This document shows positions 1 to 5,111 of a stretch of DNA of 5,111 nucleotides, in pieces. The translations under genes were made by a program, and so were the position numbers. Location: positions 1 through 5,111 of the forward strand of contig NW_021830139.1 of NCBI RefSeq assembly GCF_006345805.1. Direction: 5' to 3'. This DNA is from Octopus sinensis. Taxonomy: Eukaryota. Within the stretch, counting starts at the first letter, position 1, and each line of letters starts with the position of its first letter. The notes beneath the pieces were generated by a model. It saw only the letters and a list, made by a program, of their open reading frames with translations. It was not told the origin of the DNA and ran no database searches.

Positions 1-14
1 TACGTAGAAGAAGC

Positions 15-50
15 AATCAATTACATCGACCCATGTACGCAACTGGTACT
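15..50 (-). mobile_element. SINE family 1 fragment (core/3' part, 5'-truncated)
   Basis: Minus strand reads AGTACCAGTTGCGTACATGGGTCGATGTAATTGATT, clearly homologous to the GTACCAGCTGTGTACTGCGTCCGATGTAATCG segment of the copy at 297-510 and to the equivalent segment of 76-296. Confidence 0.7.
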
Positions 51-75
51 CGATAACGATTATATCAGCTCAGTG

Positions 76-296
76 TTTCTTCTTTGTAATACAGGCACAA
101 GGCCTGAAATTTGTAGGAGAGGTTTGGTTGGTTTCATCGAACCAGTACAAGACTGGCGTTTTATTTGATCGACTCTGAGAAAATGAAAAGTGAATTTGAC
201 CTCGGTCGGATTTGAACTCAGAACATATAATGCTGAAAAAGAACTGCTGGTAAGCATTTTGTCCAACTCGCTAACAATTCTGCCAGCTCACCGCCT
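76..296 (-). mobile_element. tRNA-derived SINE, family 1, near full length
   Basis: Minus strand starts AAGGCGGTGAGCTGGCAGAATTGTTAGC. It has a Pol III A-box-like TGGCAGAATTG (285-275) and a B-box-like GAGTTCAAATCC (219-208), and ends ...TTTCAGGCCTTGTGCCTGTATTACAAAGAAGAAA. It aligns by eye along its length with 297-510. Resemblance to Octopus SINEs is from memory. Confidence 0.85.
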
Positions 297-510
297 TCTT
301 TCTAGCACAAACACAAAGCTTGACATTATGGAAATGGAATGATACGATTACATCGGACGCAGTACACAGCTGGTACACTAAACGACCCTGAAAGGACGAA
401 AGGCAAAGTCGACCTTTGTGGAAGCTGAACTCAAAATGCGAAGATCATGAACAAATACCACAAAACCTTTTTTCCCCGAAGCTCTAAAGATTCTAGCAAC
501 TCGCCACCCT
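297..510 (-). mobile_element. tRNA-derived SINE, family 1, diverged full-length copy
   Basis: Head AGGGTGGCGAGTTGCTAGAATC; B-box-like GAGTTCAGCTTCC (432-420); body GGTCGACTTTGCCTTTCGTCCTTTCAGGGTCG; core CGATGTAATCG; tail GCTTTGTGTTTGTGCTAGAAAG abutting the head of the 76-296 copy. Confidence 0.8.
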
Positions 511-590
511 TAAATCATTTCTGATATCGGAACAAAGTCAATAATTTTGAAGCAAGGGACTTAGTCGGCAGCATTGATCCTAATATTTAG
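511..590 (-). mobile_element. SINE family 1, 3' fragment
   Basis: Minus strand TATTAGGATCAATGCTGCCGACTAAGTCCC...TCAAAATTATTGACTTTGTTCCGATATCAGAAATGATT matches the core-plus-tail layout of the two neighbouring copies at low identity. Confidence 0.55.
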
Positions 591-592
591 AC

Positions 593-593
<1 letters not shown>

Positions 594-667
<74 letters not shown>

Positions 668-695
668 TGTGTGTGAGTGTGTGTGTGAGTGTGTT
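594..695. repeat. (TG)n microsatellite: 36 perfect units at 594-665, then GA-interrupted
   Basis: Directly visible; explains the poly-CV ORF 597..785. Confidence 0.98.
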
Positions 696-835
696 TCTAT
701 TATTGACACCATATACGAGAAAAGAACAGAGTGGCGTGAGGGAACTGGGTTGGGATTGAAACCGAAACAGCGGCTATTAAATTAATATAAATTAATGGCA
801 CATTGTTTTGCTTTATGTACAAGGAATGGCTAGAA

Positions 836-936
836 GTGTATGCATGGATATATATGTGTGTGTATGAGTGGGGCAGTGCGTGTGTGTGTTGGAGTTTGTC
901 AGTGTACGTATATGAGTGTGCATATGTGGTTATGTA
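836..936. repeat. Degenerate TA/TG microsatellite
   Basis: Alternating purine-pyrimidine stretches (TATATATGTGTGTG, GCGTGTGTGTGT) with interruptions. Confidence 0.7.
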
Positions 937-1017
937 CGAGATTCATTAAATTGCATATATTTCAAGTATAACAGTTTTGACATAATTTAGAAACACATGA
1001 GAAACAAATTCTGACTG

Positions 1018-1162
1018 CATACACGCATACATACAGACATACATACATATATACATAATACATACACACACACACACACATAAAACGAAAGCACACATGC
1101 ACAATACATATGTATATGTACGTATTGTTGTATGTATGTATGTATGTATAGATGTATGTATG
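1018..1162. repeat. Compound microsatellite (CATA)n/(CA)n followed by inverted (TATG)n
   Basis: Directly visible; left and right halves are roughly reverse complements. Confidence 0.9.
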
Positions 1163-1384
1163 GGAAGTAACTTTTCTTTTCCTCCCGGAAAATGTTATAG
1201 CTTTTCATCATTATTCTTTTGTCCCATTTTTCCCCCCAGCATAAAAGAGGCTATGAGCCCATGGCCAGTGTGTCTGAAGAGGCGTTAATATCGTCAAGTG
1301 CAATAGTCGGTACGAAACCGCCGGTAACATGCTTTCCAGTTGTATGCTATAACCAAGAAGATATTGCTCGACTATATGAATAAA

Positions 1385-1498
1385 TATATAAATATACAAA
1401 CATACACACAAACATGTACATACATACATACACACACACATCTATCCATCCATCCATACGTACATCATATATACATATACATATATACATGCATATAC

Positions 1499-1530
<32 letters not shown>

Positions 1531-1610
1531 CTATATATTCACATATGCATATATATCTATATACATATATTTGTGTGTGTGTGTGTGTTGTGTGTGTGTG
1601 TTGTGTATAC
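1385..1610. repeat. Compound microsatellite (CATA)/(CA)/(CCAT)/(TA)/(TG)
   Basis: Directly visible; pure (AT) run at about 1499-1521; CA-rich left part and TG-rich right part. Confidence 0.92.
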
Positions 1611-1863
1611 ATCTCTGTTTTACAAGTAAAGATAGTGTAAAAATAAGAGAATATAAAAACAAATTTTTGTGAGAAAAATCTTCAAAAACAAAACAAAAAT
1701 GTGTAAATTAAAGAAAATAAAAAAACTGCATTTCTTTGGAGGAAGTACAATTCCCCCTGGATAACGAACAGAGTCACATCAACTGTAACTCACCATTTGT
1801 AACACCTAGCTTTTCATATTTTTGCTTGTGATAGTTTTGCTTGATCTTGTTCTGGTAGACTGA

Positions 1864-1866
<3 letters not shown>

Positions 1867-1896
<30 letters not shown>
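1867..1896. repeat. (TG)15 microsatellite
   Basis: Directly visible. Confidence 0.95.
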
Positions 1897-1898
<2 letters not shown>

Positions 1899-1957
1899 GT
1901 AAATGTCGAACGAATGACAGAGGAATGCTCAATATGTTTTGTGAAAGATACACTTAT

Positions 1958-1963
1958 TTTATT
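1958..1963 (-). promoter_or_regulatory. Candidate polyadenylation signal (AATAAA) for the FN3 gene
   Basis: First canonical AATAAA I found on the minus strand downstream of the stop, implying a ~750-nt 3' UTR. An ATTAAA variant lies at 2153-2148. Hexamers are common in AT-rich DNA. Confidence 0.25.
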
Positions 1964-2106
1964 GAAATTCATGCTGAGAATTTGTCTCGCGGCTTCAGTT
2001 TCACGTCACAGCGTAAAGATCTTTCACCTGAGGATCGCAATGAACTGAAACCCAAGCCACATGATGAGCTCCCAGCTACGGTTTCAGTAAAAAAAAAACT
2101 CCCCCT

Positions 2107-2210
2107 ATATATATACGTATGCGTGTGTGTGTGTGTGTGTGTTATAGTTTAATGAATACATACAAGCATACATACATGCATGCTCACACACATACACGCA
2201 CGCGCCTGCA
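2107..2210. repeat. Compound microsatellite (TA)/(TG) then (CATA)/(CA)
   Basis: Directly visible. Confidence 0.85.
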
Positions 2211-2395
2211 TAAACATTCTACTGCTCTCCTAAGTGAACAGAAATATAACTGGTAATTCTTTGTTAGTTGAGAGAACGATAGGACATTTGCGTGTTGTCT
2301 TCGTCGACAGAGGTAAGACTTTGAAATGAATAAATGTAGATTTATCTTCCTTATAGATGGTTCAGCTTTCCTTATTTACGCTGTGTTCTATATAA

Positions 2396-2531
2396 ACGTA
2401 TACTGTAATTATATGTGCAAATGAATGTGTGCGCGTGTTTGTGCATATTCTTGTACATGTATTTATACACGTGTGCATATATGCACGTATAGTATACGTG
2501 TCTGTATGCGTGTGTATATTTTTATATGTAT
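2396..2531. repeat. Degenerate TG/TA microsatellite
   Basis: Alternating purine-pyrimidine tract with many substitutions. Confidence 0.75.
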
Positions 2532-2695
2532 AAGTTTTGGTAACCAGGATTATAAATCCGTACCTAAATGTTTCGTACAACCGAACCAGCCTGGTTTGGC
2601 CAACGATCCTCATCAACCCATTGACGAGTACAGTTGGCGAAACAAAGCTGTGGTAGTGGTACAGGGAGGTATGGATTTCATGGGTAAGGTGAGTT

Positions 2696-3435
2696 TTAAT
2701 CCTTTAGGCGCGACTTCTCGTCGCTTTCATCGAGATCTCTCCAACGTACTACTGCACTCTGTTTATCTTCGCTGTGATCCTCTATAGAGTTGCGCCTCCA
2801 GCGTTTACTGAGATAAACTCGCCGTTTCCACTGCCACACGCCCAAGCCTATCATGAGAGCGTAGTAGCCGAAACAGAGCAAAAGGCCAACTATGCTGTCC
2901 CGTCTTATCAGCGGGACTGTCCAGAGTGTGAGGCAGTGTGATTTCCGCTTTGCTAACGGCCAAATGTAAGTAGGGTGCGGTTGAACACTGACGCACACGT
3001 TGTAGGCGGTGTTGCTTTGTAGTCCCGTTAACGAGTAGGAATTCGTCTCAGGTGGTAACATTTTTGACATGAAAGATCCGGTCTTGAGGTGATATTCCAC
3101 GTTCCATCCGAGGAAAGCGACGGGTGAAGGAACGTAAAGCGATGGGTCAGGTTGCTTGTGGAAATGTGGGGCTGTGTGAGACTTTGTTATATATCGTCCA
3201 GTTGAAGACGACGACGACGGCGTCGAAGAAGGCGCCGCTGTTGCTGATGCTGCTGCCGCTGGCAATGATGACAGCGTTGTTGTCGATTGAAAAGCATTCT
3301 CGCTGCGCATGTGCCAAGCCCATGCGATAGATATAGAGGAAGTGGAGCTTTTCACCCAAGTGATGTTCACCCATTTGTCTTTCGGATGTGCCATGTCATG
3401 ATACTGTAAGTCAGTAGACGATACCGCGATTCGGC
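2696..3435 (-). CDS. Terminal coding exon of a single-pass membrane protein with one FN3 domain (LIG/LRFN- or FNDC9-like Cys-pair FN3), TM helix and short cytoplasmic tail; first in-frame ATG at 3394 (232 aa)
   Basis: 699-nt ORF in a GC-richer island ending in TAA at 2698-2696. FN3 signatures: VNITWVKSSTSSISIAW (strands A/B), FLGWNVEY (C), LPPETNSYSLTGLQSNTAYNVCVSV (C'/E/F with the L-x-G-L-x-x-x-T-x-Y motif), HCLTLWT (G). Hydrophobic IVGLLLCFGYYALMIGLGVWQW is followed by basic KRRVYLSKRWRR. The frame stays open upstream of the ATG (RIAVSSTDLQYHD) to an AG acceptor at 3437-3436, phase 1. Confidence 0.88.
2828..2893 (-). other. Transmembrane helix (aa ~168-189), N-out/C-in
   Basis: 22 mostly hydrophobic residues with interfacial W187/W189, then six K/R in the next 12 residues (positive-inside rule). 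Confidence 0.88.
2918..3373 (-). other. Fibronectin type III domain (aa ~8-159), split by a low-complexity insert
   Basis: Conserved B-strand Trp (W25), C-strand aromatic residues, tyrosine corner (Y131), Cys134 and Cys154; N-glycosylation sequon N10-I-T. Confidence 0.82.
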
Positions 3436-3469
3436 CTGTGAATAGAGAAAAAGAGAGAGAAAAAAAAAA
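3436..3469 (-). promoter_or_regulatory. 3' splice acceptor (polypyrimidine tract + CAG)
   Basis: Minus strand TTTTTTTTTTCTCTCTCTTTTTCTCTATTCACAG|GCCGAA; base composition switches from AT-rich to GC-rich exactly here. Confidence 0.85.
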
Positions 3470-3595
3470 CGCAATGAGAAATAGTAACCATTTGAAAACA
3501 AAAATGTTAGTAAAAGCTTATAGAAATATTTGAAAAACATTTGTAAATCCTTAATGAAATGTTTGAAAGGCGCAAATATTTGATTTAAGCTGAAA

Positions 3596-3633
3596 TGGAA
3601 TTCGGTGAAAATTGGACTTCGAAAATGAGAAAA
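3596..3633 (+). repeat. 38-bp direct repeat, copy 1
   Basis: TGGAATTCGGTGAAAATTGGACTTCGAAAATGAGAAAA, identical to 3818-3855. Confidence 0.97.
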
Positions 3634-3817
3634 ATGAGACGGTGTGATAAAGTGTTTGAGTTCGAATTATTGTGGAAAAGATGTTTGATATATATACACA
3701 CATACTTAGATAAGTTTCGGCCAGTATTGGCCCATGCCATGTCTAACTTAATAGCACCACAAGCATATGTTGGTGTATAAGAGGCACTCTTGCATAAGAC
3801 GTACGCTATTTTATCAC

Positions 3818-3855
3818 TGGAATTCGGTGAAAATTGGACTTCGAAAATGAGAAAA
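3818..3855 (+). repeat. 38-bp direct repeat, copy 2
   Basis: Identical to 3596-3633; period 222 bp. Confidence 0.97.
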
Positions 3856-3994
3856 GTGAAATAAATTATAAAAATATTTCGAAAAGACAAATTTTGAAAA
3901 GTTATATAGAAGTATTTGAAAAAAATCTTCCTTTAAACTGAAATTGGAAAAGCAAAATAAATGGAAAAACTACAAAATATTTAAGGGGGAAATC

Positions 3995-4144
3995 ATATAA
4001 ATATATATATATATATACGACAGGCTTCTTTCAACTTGTCTACAAATCCACTCTTTGTTCGGCCCATGGTGCCACGCAATGGGACTCAACCCGGAATCAT
4101 TTGGTTGGGAAGCAAGCTTCTTACCACGCAGCCACACCTGAGCC
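3995..4144 (-). mobile_element. tRNA-derived SINE, family 2, left half only, with internal deletions and (TA)n end
   Basis: 4068-4135 matches the reverse complement of 4377-4444 at 59/68 positions. It lacks a ~28-nt segment and a ~7-nt segment present in the other copy, and ends in (TA)n at about 3995-4017. Confidence 0.9.
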
Positions 4145-4374
4145 TGTTTGATCACTATAAACAAATTATCCGTGCGGCTTGTTCGGCAAGAATTTGCGGA
4201 ACCCTCCTTTCTCGGACTCGAGAAACTACCAATAAATTAAATAAGTTGACCAGCAAAAAGTACAAAGGACCCAACCGATGTTTAACTCATTAGATCCCAA
4301 CCACTTTGTCCCCATTTCATTTACAACAACGTATTGGCGTGAGTCTGGGATGTAGTACTTGTTTGTTAATCAAA

Positions 4375-4533
4375 GAGTGGCTGTGTGGTAAGTAGCTTGC
4401 TAACCAATCACATGGTTCCGGGTTCAGTCCCACTGCGTGGCACCTTAGGCAAGTGTCTTCTACTATAAGCCTCGGACCGACCAAAGCCTTGTGAGTGGAT
4501 TTGGTAGGCGGAAACTGAAAGAAGCCCGTCGTA

Positions 4534-4603
<70 letters not shown>

Positions 4604-4821
4604 GTGTTTGTGTGTTTGTGTTTGTCCTCCTAGCATTGCTTGACAACCGATGCTGGTGTGTTTATGTCCCCGTCACTTAGCGGTTCGGCAAAAAGAGACC
4701 GATAGAATAAGTACTGGGCTTACAAATAATAAGTCCTGGGGTCGATTTGCTCGACTAAAAGGTGGTGCTCCAGCATGGCCACAGTCAAATGACTGAAACA
4801 AGTAAAAGAGAGTAAAAGAGT
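4375..4821 (+). mobile_element. Composite tRNA-derived SINE, family 2: head + body + internal (TA)n(TG)n + 3' module + short tandem-repeat tail
   Basis: A-box-like TGGCTGTGTGG (4378-4388); B-box-like GGTTCAGTCC (4421-4430); internal microsatellite 4532-4624; stem-loops GTCGA-TTTGC-TCGAC (4741-4755) and CAGTC-AAAT-GACTG (4782-4795); tail (AGTAAAAGAG)2 at 4801-4820. Continuity of the two halves as one element rests on my recall of this Octopus repeat. Confidence 0.85.
4532..4624. repeat. (TA)n(TG)n microsatellite inside the SINE
   Basis: Directly visible. Confidence 0.95.
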
Positions 4822-5047
4822 ATAAGAATCACACAATTCTACAGCCAGAGCCGCGAATTGCAGTCAATAAGAAATTTCCAAGAGAGTTTCTTTTGATAAA
4901 ATCATGAATGAGAATTCGGAACAAAGAAATTACTGAAGTTTACATTCACAAGTTTTATAGATTTCACTGTTTACACTTCGTTATGTTTTCTAGTGGCACG
5001 ATTTGAATCAGCATTCATACGCTGATTGAAAAGCATATAGAAATACT

Positions 5048-5095
5048 CACACGCACACACACACACACACACACACACGCACGCACGCACACACA
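5048..5095. repeat. (CA)n/(CACG)n microsatellite
   Basis: Directly visible. Confidence 0.95.
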
Positions 5096-5111
5096 ACTGC
5101 TTGATTAGGTT

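Noticed and set aside
60-266. 68-aa minus-strand ORF
   Set aside because: Lies entirely within a SINE copy.
733-754. G-quadruplex (GG...GGG...GGG...GGG)
   Set aside because: Only three G3 tracts; at best a weak two-tier motif.
597-1672. ORF-track ORFs rich in CV, YI and HT dipeptides (597..785, 987..1211, 1097..1288, 1211..1441, 1340..1672, 1414..1629)
   Set aside because: Stop-free frames produced by microsatellites; several start at non-ATG codons; no protein-like composition.
1788-1868. Minus-strand 72-nt phase 1-1 open exon candidate (1865-1794) with donor ATG|GTGAGT
   Set aside because: The acceptor is preceded by (CA)n with no pyrimidine tract. It shows that consensus donors with open symmetric frames arise by chance here, which is why the other exon candidates are scored cautiously.
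2695-2700. ATTAAA overlapping the FN3 gene's stop codon as its poly(A) signal
   Set aside because: Arises automatically from GAT TAA A; no clear downstream U/GU-rich element at the expected distance.
2805-3374. Alternative-frame ORFs 2805..2996, 3124..3330 and 3147..3374
   Set aside because: Shadows of the GC-rich real coding exon; no domain features.
3596-3855. 38-bp direct repeats as a CRISPR array or as LTRs
   Set aside because: Only two copies, a 184-bp spacer, eukaryotic context and no cas genes; no TG...CA termini, primer-binding site or polypurine tract.
4208-4225. Perfect 7-bp hairpin TTTCTCG-GACT-CGAGAAA
   Set aside because: Stems of this length are expected by chance in 5 kb; no supporting context.
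4375-4444. tRNA gene
   Set aside because: A/B boxes are present, but I could not fold a convincing cloverleaf, there is no T-run terminator, and the sequence continues into the SINE body. The same applies to the heads at 296 and 510.
3970-4646. ORFs 3970..4164, 4036..4293 and 4317..4646
   Set aside because: Largely SINE and microsatellite sequence; no signal-peptide-like exon or good splice-site pair found between the SINEs.
4368-4831. AATCA as a target-site duplication of the full SINE (4368-4372 and 4827-4831)
   Set aside because: Only 5 bp, AT-rich and offset from the element ends; could be chance.
5002-5031. Hairpin AATCAGC-N8-GCTGATT and nearby plus-strand acceptor TTTTCTAG (4986-4993)
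   Set aside because: Short stem; all three frames after the acceptor hit stops within about 12 codons and no donor follows.

Overview
Eukaryotic, AT-rich, microsatellite- and SINE-dense genomic DNA. It is most likely from an octopus: the two tRNA-derived SINE families resemble abundant Octopus repeats as I recall them, not verified by search. One convincing coding exon lies on the minus strand (3435->2696). It has a strong 3' splice acceptor at 3436-3469 and encodes a single-pass membrane protein: one fibronectin type III (FN3) domain with the juxtamembrane Cys pair seen in LRR-Ig-FN3 (LIG-type) adhesion proteins, a ~65-aa Ser/Thr/Ala/Pro/His-rich insert splitting the domain, a TM helix and a 43-aa cytoplasmic tail. 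Upstream of it (intron, right side) are a 38-bp perfect direct repeat pair within a locally duplicated block, and an inverted pair of same-family SINEs that could form dsRNA in the pre-mRNA. On the left is a head-to-tail chain of four units of a second SINE family. Several short, more GC-rich islands between the microsatellites carry plus-strand splice signals and open frames, hinting at an antisense or host gene, but this is unproven. There is no evidence of CRISPR arrays, rRNA, true tRNA genes or prokaryotic features.
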